A DNA stretch of 64,000 nucleotides from Spirochaetia bacterium (GTDB lineage Bacteria > Spirochaetota > Spirochaetia > WTKD01 > G963693115), in NCBI GenBank assembly GCA_965226055.1, contig CBDDCA010000005.1:608001-672000 (forward strand), read 5' to 3'. Shown in pieces: positions 43,071-52,960 of the stretch; the stretch's first letter is position 1; every line of letters starts with the position of its first letter. Under the pieces are notes generated by a model, which did not search any database, was not told where the DNA came from, and saw nothing but the letters and a program-made list of their open reading frames with translations. The translations under genes were made by a program, and so were the position numbers.

Positions 43071-44633
43071 ATGAGTACTTCACACAATACTATCAATATT
43101 ACTGGCTCAAACCAGTTTAGGAATATAACATTAAAGCAGCTTCAGAAATCTCGAAAAAAACTTGTTTCTGCATTAAAAGGAAGATGGAATCCTTTTCTGT
43201 CTGGGGCTTTGTTATACTTTTTACCCTTTATGCTGCTTACAATATATGGAGGAAAAGCCTGTCCTTTCATTGAAGGAACACCTTTTAATACTATCATGTT
43301 GTATATTTTTATATCTATTTTTCCATTGTATATTATACGCTCTTCCATTTTATTATCGTATGGAAACAAAAAGGTACTTGAATGGTCAGATAAAAAATAT
43401 ATGTTATTTGAAGCATCATTTTTCATCATATGGGTAGGAATACTTGCATTATTTGCAATGTATCTGTTTCAGTTTTCTTCAGAAAGTTTTATCAAAATAA
43501 CAGTAGGGTCAGGATTGTTATCGGTATTTTCCATTATTGATCTATTTCTTATACGAAGAAAACATTTGTTACTGCTTACTGATAATGATACTATGTCAAT
43601 GAATAAAGAAAAAATACTAAAACAATACAACTACTTTTTATCCTTAAAGCTAAAATTCATTATCTCAACAGTATTAGTATTATTACTTGTTGGCCTTGCA
43701 TTTTCTCTTATTAACTTTAAGAATTATGAATGGCTTATAGCAAATATCAATATTATTCCTCATGACGAAGGGCTTCTTTCTGTATTTAAGGAAACTGTGT
43801 TTGTCATTGGTGTTTTTATGGGACAGTTAGTAGTAACTGTTATTTTATACTCAAATAATATTATTATATGTTTTACCATGCTCAACCGTGTTATCGGAGA
43901 TCTATTTGAAGGAAAGTTTGATAACCAATTACTTACATTATCAAACGATGAATTTGGCATGATGGGAGAAAACTTAAACATTATCTCTGATGAGTTAAAA
44001 GAAAAACAAAAAATTAAAAATGCTTTTGGAAAATTAGTAAGCCCTCGTGTTGCAGAACTTATGCTCAATGACAAAGAGTTACAGCTTGGCGGACGCGAAA
44101 AAGAAATAGTAATGCTTTTTTCTGATGTAAGAAACTATACAAACTCTAGTCAACATAGCAGTCCTACAGAGGTAATTTCAAAGCTAAACAATTATTTTAC
44201 TAATATGGTGCAATTAGTAGAACAATACGATGGTATTGTCGATAAATTTATGGGAGATGGTCTTATGGCTATTTATGGGTATGATGATCATGTGAAAGGA
44301 GTAAACAATGCTGTTATATCAGCCTTTGAAATGCTCAAAGCAGTAAAGAAAGAAGGTTCAATTAAGATTGGGGTTGGTATACATGTAGGAAATGCTATCT
44401 TAGGAATGATAGGATCTCCTCAACGATTAGATTTTACTGCTATTGGTTCAAACGTTAATCTGGCTGCACGCCTAGAAGCAGCAACAAAAGATAATGGTGT
44501 GGATATATTTCTTTCCGAACAGACCTATGATCTTTTACAACAAAAAGTTAAAAATTTAGGATGGCGAAAATTTTCTATTCAAGTAAAAGGGATAGAACAC
44601 ACACTTACGACATATGGATTAAAAGTACTATAA
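43071..44633 (+). CDS. Membrane-anchored class III adenylate/guanylate cyclase with HAMP-like linker
   Basis: About 6 TM segments, NDEFG linker, LFSDVRNYT, DKFMGDG, GIHVG, VNLAARLE, VKGI. Confidence 0.92.
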   Translation: MSTSHNTINITGSNQFRNITLKQLQKSRKKLVSALKGRWNPFLSGALLYFLPFMLLTIYGGKACPFIEGTPFNTIMLYIFISIFPLYIIRSSILLSYGNKKVLEWSDKKYMLFEASFFIIWVGILALFAMYLFQFSSESFIKITVGSGLLSVFSIIDLFLIRRKHLLLLTDNDTMSMNKEKILKQYNYFLSLKLKFIISTVLVLLLVGLAFSLINFKNYEWLIANINIIPHDEGLLSVFKETVFVIGVFMGQLVVTVILYSNNIIICFTMLNRVIGDLFEGKFDNQLLTLSNDEFGMMGENLNIISDELKEKQKIKNAFGKLVSPRVAELMLNDKELQLGGREKEIVMLFSDVRNYTNSSQHSSPTEVISKLNNYFTNMVQLVEQYDGIVDKFMGDGLMAIYGYDDHVKGVNNAVISAFEMLKAVKKEGSIKIGVGIHVGNAILGMIGSPQRLDFTAIGSNVNLAARLEAATKDNGVDIFLSEQTYDLLQQKVKNLGWRKFSIQVKGIEHTLTTYGLKVL

Positions 44634-44649
44634 AACCCTATATAATAGC

Positions 44650-44689
44650 AAAAAAGAAGGGACTAACATAGCTAGTCCCTTTCTTTTTT
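44650..44689. terminator. Bidirectional intrinsic terminator between convergent genes
   Basis: aaaaaagaagggacta-acatagc-tagtccctttcttttt. Confidence 0.8.
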
Positions 44690-44720
44690 AATGTTTTTAT
44701 GTATGGCTTGATGCCTTATC

Positions 44721-45368
44721 CTATAACAACTGATCTGCTAATTTCTCTAATGATTCAACTTCTTTATGCCATTCATGTAAACCAGAAAAACTCCCTATAA
44801 TATACCCTTCAGGAGAGATAATAAATACACTTGGTGTTCCTGTAATTTTTAATGGGGTTGCCTTAATAACTGCTCCTTTCGAATCTGCTACTACTGTATA
44901 AGATATATCAAATTCCTCAATATAGTCTAATGCTTCTTGTTCAACTATATCAATAGACACTCCTAAAAAATCTATCTTTGGGTTATCAGCTAAGGCGTTT
45001 GCTAACTCAACAACATAAGGAGCTTCTTTTCGACAATATCCACAACGAGAGTTCCATACACTGAGAAAAAGCGTTCTTCCTCTATAATCGCGAAGAGCTA
45101 TGTCTTCTCCATCAAATGTTGGTAATGTGATATTAGGGACTCTTGTTTTTTGTGGTTTGCCTCCCATATCTTTTATCAAGGAAGTTACATCGCCCATACC
45201 TTTTCCATCGCTATCTTCACCATCACTATGATCTTCAGCATATCCAGGCTTTCCGTCCTCTCCATCTTGTCCGTCCTGCCCTCTTGCATATACACTTTGA
45301 TCTACAAGAAAAAAATACATTCCTGTAATCAAAACAAATATTCCCATTGCCATTATTTTTTTATTCAT
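44721..45368 (-). CDS. TlpA/ResA-like thiol-disulfide oxidoreductase, exported
   Basis: LSVWNSRCGYCRKEAP (CxxC), GTPSVFII (cis-Pro loop). Start MNKKI at 45368 follows a GGAGG RBS. Confidence 0.85.
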   Translation of the reverse strand: MNKKIMAMGIFVLITGMYFFLVDQSVYARGQDGQDGEDGKPGYAEDHSDGEDSDGKGMGDVTSLIKDMGGKPQKTRVPNITLPTFDGEDIALRDYRGRTLFLSVWNSRCGYCRKEAPYVVELANALADNPKIDFLGVSIDIVEQEALDYIEEFDISYTVVADSKGAVIKATPLKITGTPSVFIISPEGYIIGSFSGLHEWHKEVESLEKLADQLL

Positions 45369-45406
45369 ATGATTTCCTCCATATTTTGAATATATTATAA
45401 CTTTCA

Positions 45407-47041
45407 TTAGTATAGTATAGCAAGTGTTTTTGTACAAGTATCTGTTAATGAGCTATCACCAAAATACTGTATTGCACCAGGAAACACATATGCTGTTTCT
45501 TTCGCCCATGTTTCTCTATGCTTGACAAAATAAAGAAAGGACTTTGATTGCATTTCAACTAAGGCTTTTTTTATTACAGGAACATCTTTTCCCTTCCGTT
45601 TTTCTATATTCATCATCATAGTCAGAGGGACAGCATATGGTTGCCATTTATCTACAGACTGCTTTAGATTTTTAATTGACGAAATATAGCCTGTACAATT
45701 ATTAGCAATAAGAATAAAAGCATTATAGCCCAGTGAATAACAATAGTCTGCATCAAAATTACTAGGAAACGCACAACGTGCTTCATACCCAAAAAAATGA
45801 CTTTGTGCAGAAAACTTAGTGGTAAAAGTATTTCGCTGCTTTAGTTCATTTGCTACCATCTCAATAAGCATGCGTTCAGTTTCAATAAGCGTTACTTGTA
45901 CGTTACCATGATCATCTCTATCCAACAATAACTGATGTTGAATGCTTGTAGGCAAAGACAAAAATGTTTTTTGTAGGTTACTTGAGAGAGAAGATACTGC
46001 AAGATTTACTCTTTCTTCTACAGATACTGTATCATCCACATTACTGAGAATATCATTTAATTGAGCAATAAGCTGTTTTACTTCGGGAATAAACTCTATC
46101 AATCCTTCTGGAATAAGTACTACACCAAAATCAAGGCCATGTTTTGCTCGTGTGGCTACTATGTCAGCCACTGTTTTTACAATAGATTGCAAAGATTGCT
46201 TCTTTGCTAACACTTCTTCAGAAATAATAGCTACATTAGGCTGAGTTTGTAAAGCACATTCCAGTGTTATATGACTGGCAGAACGTCCCATAAGCCGAAT
46301 AAAATGCCAGTATTTTTTTGAGCTATTTGCATCCCTTGCAATGTTGCCAATAAGCTCAGAATATGTTTTTACTGCAGTATCAAAGCCAAAAGAAGTTTCT
46401 ATATACTTATTTCGTAAGTCACCGTCTATTGTTTTAGGAATACCTATTACTTGTGTTTTACAATTTTGTTGAACAAAATATTCTGCTAACAATACTGCGT
46501 TTGTATTACTGTCGTCTCCTCCTATCACAACAAGTGCATCAAGAGAATGCTTTTTTACTGTTTCTAAAGCAGCAGCAAATTGTTCAGGAGTTTCAATTTT
46601 TGTACGTCCTGATCCTATAATGTCAAAACCACCTGTATTACGATACTTCCCTACTGTATTTGCATTTAACAATACATAATCATTGTTTACTAGGCCTCCT
46701 GGTCCTTTCTTAAAACCGATAAGCTGAGAGGAAGCATTTGCTGACTTTAAGGCATCAAATACACCAGCTATTACATTATGTCCTCCAGGAGCAGGCCCTC
46801 CAGAGAGAATAACTCCTACTTTTCTTTTCTTTTCTGCTTCGGGGTTATCTGCTTGTACCACTTTGTAAAGAGATTGCCCATATGTATTGGGAAATATTTT
46901 CTTGAGCTTATCAGAATCACTTACTGCTGAACTTGTTTTTTGAACAACAGAAAGAGATATATGTGCTGGATTATTTGCAAATAGTGAAGGCATCTTAGGC
47001 TTATATTGCAAACGTAATGTATGAAGATTTGAATGTGCCAT
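45407..47041 (-). CDS. pfp: Pyrophosphate-dependent phosphofructokinase (diphosphate--fructose-6-phosphate 1-phosphotransferase)
   Basis: [29 protein letters not shown] (PPi-type), [24 protein letters not shown]. Start probably 47041. Confidence 0.95.
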   Translation of the reverse strand: MAHSNLHTLRLQYKPKMPSLFANNPAHISLSVVQKTSSAVSDSDKLKKIFPNTYGQSLYKVVQADNPEAEKKRKVGVILSGGPAPGGHNVIAGVFDALKSANASSQLIGFKKGPGGLVNNDYVLLNANTVGKYRNTGGFDIIGSGRTKIETPEQFAAALETVKKHSLDALVVIGGDDSNTNAVLLAEYFVQQNCKTQVIGIPKTIDGDLRNKYIETSFGFDTAVKTYSELIGNIARDANSSKKYWHFIRLMGRSASHITLECALQTQPNVAIISEEVLAKKQSLQSIVKTVADIVATRAKHGLDFGVVLIPEGLIEFIPEVKQLIAQLNDILSNVDDTVSVEERVNLAVSSLSSNLQKTFLSLPTSIQHQLLLDRDDHGNVQVTLIETERMLIEMVANELKQRNTFTTKFSAQSHFFGYEARCAFPSNFDADYCYSLGYNAFILIANNCTGYISSIKNLKQSVDKWQPYAVPLTMMMNIEKRKGKDVPVIKKALVEMQSKSFLYFVKHRETWAKETAYVFPGAIQYFGDSSLTDTCTKTLAILY

Positions 47042-47106
47042 AATTCCGTCCTTTATAATAACTATATAATCGAAACGATATATAGCATAGTATAGCATAC
47101 TTTTAA

Positions 47107-47718
47107 CTAAAATGCATCTTTATACGCTAAGGGGGTCTTTAGGATAATAATAAAATCTTTCCAGATACTGCGATGCTTAATATACTCTAACTCAATCTCT
47201 ATGCGCCTCTTATATTCTAAATTAGAGCGTCCTGATGTCTGTACAGGGCCAGTAATACCTGGCTTAATAGAGAGCAACTCTTTTTTTAATTGAGTGGCAT
47301 CCATTTCAATATTTTCTGCAATATGGTCAATTTCATGATCCAACATAGGCCTTGGTCCTACAATGTTCATATCTCCCTTTAATACATTGAAAAACTGAGG
47401 GAGCTCATCAAAACTGAGTTTCCGTAATATTTTTCCACACCAAGTAATACGTGAATCTAATTTCACAGGTATCTTAAATCTATTTTTCTTATAAAGCTCA
47501 TATAACTTCTTATCTTTCCTTAACATTTCTTCTGCGTCTTTCTTCATAGTCCTAAACTTAAGGAGCTTAAATTCTTTTCCAAATATACCTACTCTTTTGT
47601 GATGAAAAATAACAGGAAAGCCTGATGTAGTAACTACAAGGATTGCACAAAATAAATATAAAGGGGAAAATAAAAGAATAAAAAACAAAGCCAGTACCTT
47701 ATTAAAAAATGAATTCAT
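47107..47718 (-). CDS. Sugar transferase (small monotopic phosphoglycosyltransferase, Bac_transf family)
   Basis: [43 protein letters not shown]. Confidence 0.92.
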   Translation of the reverse strand: MNSFFNKVLALFFILLFSPLYLFCAILVVTTSGFPVIFHHKRVGIFGKEFKLLKFRTMKKDAEEMLRKDKKLYELYKKNRFKIPVKLDSRITWCGKILRKLSFDELPQFFNVLKGDMNIVGPRPMLDHEIDHIAENIEMDATQLKKELLSIKPGITGPVQTSGRSNLEYKRRIEIELEYIKHRSIWKDFIIILKTPLAYKDAF

Positions 47719-47800
47719 AACTAACTACATGCATATGCAATACTATAGCTAGTATACCATAGTATTGTGATTGGAGCAATGTTTATAGTTGGGTGCATTG

Positions 47801-47830
47801 CGGATTCAAGGACTAATTGCGACAAAGGAG
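47801..47830 (+). mobile_element. Solo IS30-family terminal inverted repeat (remnant)
   Basis: cggattcaaggactaattgcgaca matches the reverse complement of the IS right IR (29469-29492) at 23/24 and is followed by aaggag, as in the IS left end. Confidence 0.8.
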
Positions 47831-47910
47831 TTGCAGATTCATGGAGTATTACTTTCTCGTACGCTCTATCAAAAATGCCTTAGAAATACTTTTTTGCTAC
47901 TCTTGAGGTT

Positions 47911-47946
47911 CTATAGCAAGAAAGGAACATTCCTTTCTTGCTATAG
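47911..47946. terminator. Perfect inverted repeat downstream of the 1572-aa gene (terminator-like hairpin)
   Basis: ctatagcaagaaagga-acat-tcctttcttgctatag; no clear U-tract. Confidence 0.6.
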
Positions 47947-47965
47947 GTGTATTTCTATGTATCTA

Positions 47966-50900
47966 CTATGATGTACATTCTGGGTCATCTGCTTGCTTGA
48001 ATGTTGGATACTTTGCTGTTTTCCCATCTATACCCGATAGTTTGAAATCAAGGGCACTTCTTCGTATATCACACAATATCCATGATGATAAATCTTGATC
48101 AAATGCAGAAGCATTGTAAAATACAGAAAGTATAGCAGTAACATTCTTTACATTCCAGTTTCCTATATCTTGATTAAAAGCAGTAGCATCAGCAAACATA
48201 CCACCTATCTTAGTAACTTTACTTGTATTCCAGCTTCCTATATTTTGATTAAAAGCACTTGCTCTATCAAAAACACCACTCATATCAGTAACTTTACTTG
48301 TATTCCAGCTTCCTATATTTTGATTAAAAACACTTGCTTCAGAAAACATATATGAAATAGTATTTACATTACTTGTATTCCACTGTGTTATGTCCCCATT
48401 AAAAGTACTATCATCCCTAAATAACAGACTCATATCAGTAATAACACTGGTGTCTATCATGTTGAGGTTGGGGCTAGGGTTACTACTCTTCCCTCCTGTA
48501 GCTTGCCTTGTTTTTTCTTCACTGATAATAGTTTGTAGTGCTGATTTTGTTGTTGGTCTGTAATAGGTAGCTGCTTTTCCTGATGGTGCTGTTCTTAGCT
48601 CTGTCTGTATAACGATAGTCGCTGGCACTTTTTTCTTTGAAGCGGTTATTGTACACTGTGCTACATCATAGCTATACTCAGTAATGGCTGTGTCTCGTAT
48701 ATTAGACTTATTTGCTATGCCTGTTATAGTAACTGTTTTGCTGTTCTGATCAAACGATACTGTAAGGCCTGTTTCATCTTTTATTTTCTTTGCATCTGCC
48801 TCTTGTATGGTGGCATCACAGGTAAAGGCAGTGCCACTGGGTATGCTTGCTAGTACTCTTGTAGTATTTGATGCTAGTGCTGTACCTACTGTTGCTGATA
48901 CTATGCTAGTGTTTCCTATAGCTATTCCTCTTGCTTCAAACTCGTGGCGTTCTCCTGTTGATATTTTTGTGTCATCGGTGCTGTTTACTGCTTGTACTAC
49001 TATTTCGTAGGTCGTTCCGTTTGTCAAGTTTGTCAAAGTAGTGTTTGTTGTTCCTGCTGCTACTGTTGTAGGGCTTGAGTCTGCTTGTTTTATTGCTGCT
49101 ACATTTCTTGCACTGCCACCTTTGGCTACTTTGTATACCTTATACGATACTTGTGCTGCTGTTAGGGCATCGCCTGTATTTGCTTTGTGGCTTGCACTGA
49201 GGCTGGGAGCTGTCCACGATATTCTCATGCCTGTCTGGGCTACTCTTGTCTGTATAGTTGATACTTCTGCGGGGGCAGTCGCTTGTGATGCGGTTGTTAC
49301 ACTTGCTACTGTTGAGGATGCTACTTTTTTGCTAGGGTCTGTTTTTATTGCTACTTCTACCACAAAGTAATACTTTGTCGCTCCTTTTACTGCTACTACT
49401 GGATCTGCATCCGCAGACAAGCCTAAACTGGCAAGGGATTGTACTGTGTACACTCCGCTACTTGCACTGCCTAGGTTTATCTTTCTGCCTGCAAGTACTT
49501 CTGCTACTGTAGGGTCAGTGTCTTTCTGTAAGCCATACACTGTGTATGCTAGCTGATTACTAGCGGTTATGTTTGTGCCATCGTAGTCTTTCGCTCCTGT
49601 AAATGTGCTTAGCTCGGTAAGTACCAGCTTTATTGTGCCTGCTGTGTTTGTTGACGGTGATACTACCAGCTTTCCTGTGAGTAATGACTGGCTGGGTGCT
49701 ACTGCTTTGGAAGTATAGATTTCCTTTATTTCTGTTACATCGGTGTAAAAGCCTGCAGGAAAGAGCTTGCTACTATTGGATGCATCGTAATTGGGGGATG
49801 TTGTGTTGACTATCCTTACCCCTATGTAGTAGTCTTTTGCTGTTTCTATGGGCGTTGCTCCTGCATTGCTTCCACTGGTGCTGTCTACTATTGCTATGGA
49901 TATTGTGTCTTGAGTTGTTCCTGTTGCTTTTGTGTATTTTGCTACCTTTACACTGCTTTTCTCTATCGCCCACAGAGCTGATACGCTGGCAGGCTTTCCT
50001 GTGGTATCTTCTTTCTTGAGATATAGCACATAGTACGCAAGGTCTGTCGCTTCAAGGGCATTGCCATTTGCCTTGCTCACTCCTGCTATTGCTGAGGCAT
50101 TTACTTGTACTGTTATGACTTTTTTCCCTCTATTGCTTCCTGTGGTAGGCACTGCAAATACCACTGCATTACTGTTAGTGTAGGTGGTGCTTTTTGGGGT
50201 ATTTGGTGGTGCAGTAAGGGTTGCTTTCTTTATTGTTGCTGATGTTCCTATGCTATACGATGGATTGAGGCTGTTTATCGCTTCTACTCCTGCAGTATAG
50301 TCTGCTCCTTTCGTTCCTATAAATCTTACTTGTAAGGTACTGTCTCCTGCTATATTCTGTGTTTGTACTCCTGCAAGGCCTTTTATTGCCTCTAGTGTTT
50401 TTGTGCTGTGGTCTCCTTCTGCTATGTATACTTTGTACTGTATTTGTGCCTGTGTGAGTTTGTTTCCACTGGGTGCTTTGTTATCATTGGTAATGTCTCC
50501 TGCACTAAATGTATAGACTGCTGTTGCGGTTATTTGGGTTACTGATTCTACAGAGAGCTTTGCATCTTTTGCAGCGGGCGGTGCTGTCGAGGTACTATCA
50601 TATACTGCCACAGTATCGGAAAGAGTAGTTACAGGGCTTACTATGTTATTTGCTATTGTCAAAAAGGTAAAGCGATAATTCTTGGCATTTGCTTGTACCT
50701 TAGGTACTTCCAAGCCATCTGCTATCCCAAAAGTAATGGCTGTTACACTTCCTGTTATGCTTTTTTCTGCTACCAGTGTAGCACCATCGTACATACGCAA
50801 AGTATAGTAGCTTCCTATGCCTGGAGCTTGCTTAAACGTTGCTTTGATCTGCACTGCTCCTGTTGTGTCTAAGCTAGGCTTGTTTTGAAAAAGATCTTCT

Positions 50901-52684
50901 GACGGAGCTGTGGGTTGCGGAGTAGTTATGTCTTTTGTCGCTTGGCTACTTTTGTTTCCTGCATAGTCTATTGCTTGTATTGTTATGGTATATGTTTTGC
51001 CTTGTGTGAGTTCTTCTACAGAGAGTGCTGTTGTGGGATAGGCTACTTTTTTCTCATTTACTACTGAGGTGCTTGTGCCTTTTTCTGCTATGCTTATGCT
51101 GTATTCTTTTATGTCTTTGTTATTGGCTTTTGTTGTATCGGGGGCTGTCCATGTTATCTGTGTGCCTATCTTTGTGGGTGATACAAAAGGATAGCTTGCT
51201 TGTATGCTTGTCACTGCATCGGGGGCGGTGCCATCATCTACTGTGGTGGTGGTTGCTGTTATTTTTGCTCCTTTGTTGCCTGTGTAGTCTTGTGACTGTA
51301 CTGCTATGCTGTATTCAGTGGTAGCTTTTAGTCCTGTTATCTGCGTGTTTCTTAGTGTTCTCTCTGTTATTGTTACTGTCTTTGCTGGGCTGTTCTTTTC
51401 TGTTACTGTTATAGTCACTCCTGCATAGTCTCTTACATCGGGGGCTTGCCAGCCTACTACTAGGCTTGTTGCTCCTCCTACGGCACTCACATTGCTTACA
51501 GGCTCTGTGCTTTTGTCTGTTGTTGCTTGTTCTTTTGACACTGCAGTGGAATACTTTCCGTTTTTAGAGACATACACTTCTACTTTGTAAGTAAGCGTGC
51601 CATAGAGTTTTGTGAGGGCTATGCCATCTTTTGCTACATACACAGTGGTGTACTCTTGATTGTCTGCACTTGCAGAGCTGAGTTTGGCTGTACTGCTATT
51701 GCTCACTGTTTCGTATGCTATGAGAGTATTTGTTGCTGTTGCTATCACGCGTACTTGCAGACTTTTGTCTGTAAAGGTAAAGCTCCCCCACTTAATAAGC
51801 AGGCTTTCATCGGCTGGGCTATTGCTTTTATCGTTTGCTGTTACTGTAAGATCTGCCTCTGGCAGTGCTGCTACTGTTTGTGAGAGTGCTGAGGGTACTA
51901 TGCCTCTGAGCGCTTGCTTTGCCGTGCTTTCGTTGCCATTGCTATCTCTGTATACTACTGTTACATCATAGCTGATGCCGTCTATAGTAGGGACAGCAAT
52001 AGTTACTTCTCCTTGTGTTACATCTTGTACTGTTACTTCTTTTTTTACATTAGTGGTGCTTTCTATCACCTGTACTATGGCTTCTGCTATGTCTGTTTTG
52101 CCTGACGAGAGCAGTGCTTTGTCCCATGTTATCTTTATACCATTTGTTGCTGATTCTACTGCTACCTTGTTGAAGGTATCTTGAGGTTTCGTTGTATCTG
52201 TCAATGTTGTCACAGAGCGGGTTGTTTTTGGTGATACTTCTGTGTCTGAGCCTGAGTTTGACTTCTGGGCTTCTATTTCTACAGTATAATCGGTAGTGGC
52301 ATGCAAGCCTCTGAGTACATAGGGTCTGTTTTGTTGAAACAATGTACGATATTCTATTGCAGGAACACGCACTTCTATTGATTGTGCTGGTGTCGTTGAT
52401 GTAGCTTTTACAACTACATGCGTAGCATCGCTGGGAGCTTCCCAGCGTAACGAGAGTGTCCCATCATTGCCTGCTGCTTGTATCTGCACATTGGACACTG
52501 ATGCGAGTGTCGGGGTTACTGGTGTTCCCCCTCCACCTGAGGAACTACTGCTACTCTCTGCACATCCTACGAGTACGAGGGTAGTCATTGCTAGCACTAA
52601 AATCAGTGCAACTAGAGTTATGCTATACTTACTTTGTAGCTTACTATTTATCTGATGGTTTAGTTTTTCATTACTTTTTTTCAT
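47966..52684 (-). CDS. Giant surface lipoprotein: fibronectin type III-like stalk plus C-terminal DUF285 module
   Basis: Lipobox VLVGC followed by poly-Ser/Gly. Fn3 patterns (LSLRWEAP...GLHATTDYTVEIEA; VGWQAP...GLKATTEYSIAVQS). C-terminal MF.EASVFNQNIGSWNTS repeats. Confidence 0.88.
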   Translation of the reverse strand: MKKSNEKLNHQINSKLQSKYSITLVALILVLAMTTLVLVGCAESSSSSSGGGGTPVTPTLASVSNVQIQAAGNDGTLSLRWEAPSDATHVVVKATSTTPAQSIEVRVPAIEYRTLFQQNRPYVLRGLHATTDYTVEIEAQKSNSGSDTEVSPKTTRSVTTLTDTTKPQDTFNKVAVESATNGIKITWDKALLSSGKTDIAEAIVQVIESTTNVKKEVTVQDVTQGEVTIAVPTIDGISYDVTVVYRDSNGNESTAKQALRGIVPSALSQTVAALPEADLTVTANDKSNSPADESLLIKWGSFTFTDKSLQVRVIATATNTLIAYETVSNSSTAKLSSASADNQEYTTVYVAKDGIALTKLYGTLTYKVEVYVSKNGKYSTAVSKEQATTDKSTEPVSNVSAVGGATSLVVGWQAPDVRDYAGVTITVTEKNSPAKTVTITERTLRNTQITGLKATTEYSIAVQSQDYTGNKGAKITATTTTVDDGTAPDAVTSIQASYPFVSPTKIGTQITWTAPDTTKANNKDIKEYSISIAEKGTSTSVVNEKKVAYPTTALSVEELTQGKTYTITIQAIDYAGNKSSQATKDITTPQPTAPSEDLFQNKPSLDTTGAVQIKATFKQAPGIGSYYTLRMYDGATLVAEKSITGSVTAITFGIADGLEVPKVQANAKNYRFTFLTIANNIVSPVTTLSDTVAVYDSTSTAPPAAKDAKLSVESVTQITATAVYTFSAGDITNDNKAPSGNKLTQAQIQYKVYIAEGDHSTKTLEAIKGLAGVQTQNIAGDSTLQVRFIGTKGADYTAGVEAINSLNPSYSIGTSATIKKATLTAPPNTPKSTTYTNSNAVVFAVPTTGSNRGKKVITVQVNASAIAGVSKANGNALEATDLAYYVLYLKKEDTTGKPASVSALWAIEKSSVKVAKYTKATGTTQDTISIAIVDSTSGSNAGATPIETAKDYYIGVRIVNTTSPNYDASNSSKLFPAGFYTDVTEIKEIYTSKAVAPSQSLLTGKLVVSPSTNTAGTIKLVLTELSTFTGAKDYDGTNITASNQLAYTVYGLQKDTDPTVAEVLAGRKINLGSASSGVYTVQSLASLGLSADADPVVAVKGATKYYFVVEVAIKTDPSKKVASSTVASVTTASQATAPAEVSTIQTRVAQTGMRISWTAPSLSASHKANTGDALTAAQVSYKVYKVAKGGSARNVAAIKQADSSPTTVAAGTTNTTLTNLTNGTTYEIVVQAVNSTDDTKISTGERHEFEARGIAIGNTSIVSATVGTALASNTTRVLASIPSGTAFTCDATIQEADAKKIKDETGLTVSFDQNSKTVTITGIANKSNIRDTAITEYSYDVAQCTITASKKKVPATIVIQTELRTAPSGKAATYYRPTTKSALQTIISEEKTRQATGGKSSNPSPNLNMIDTSVITDMSLLFRDDSTFNGDITQWNTSNVNTISYMFSEASVFNQNIGSWNTSKVTDMSGVFDRASAFNQNIGSWNTSKVTKIGGMFADATAFNQDIGNWNVKNVTAILSVFYNASAFDQDLSSWILCDIRRSALDFKLSGIDGKTAKYPTFKQADDPECTS

Positions 52685-52787
52685 AATGTTCTCCTTATAA
52701 TTATCTATTTATTGTATAATTATATTATACATAATACACAAGTCTTATTATAGCAAAAATACTATTTTTTGTGTTATATCTGAAAAT

Positions 52788-52818
<31 letters not shown>

Positions 52819-52960
52819 CTGGATTACACAAAAACGCATAGCAAAAAGTGATAATAATGCTACAATAGAGATGCTATGAAAAAGAAGAATCACACGAGGC
52901 AATAAAACTGCATGTATTTCTAAAATTGAAATTTTATGCTAATTGCTATACTATAAGTAT

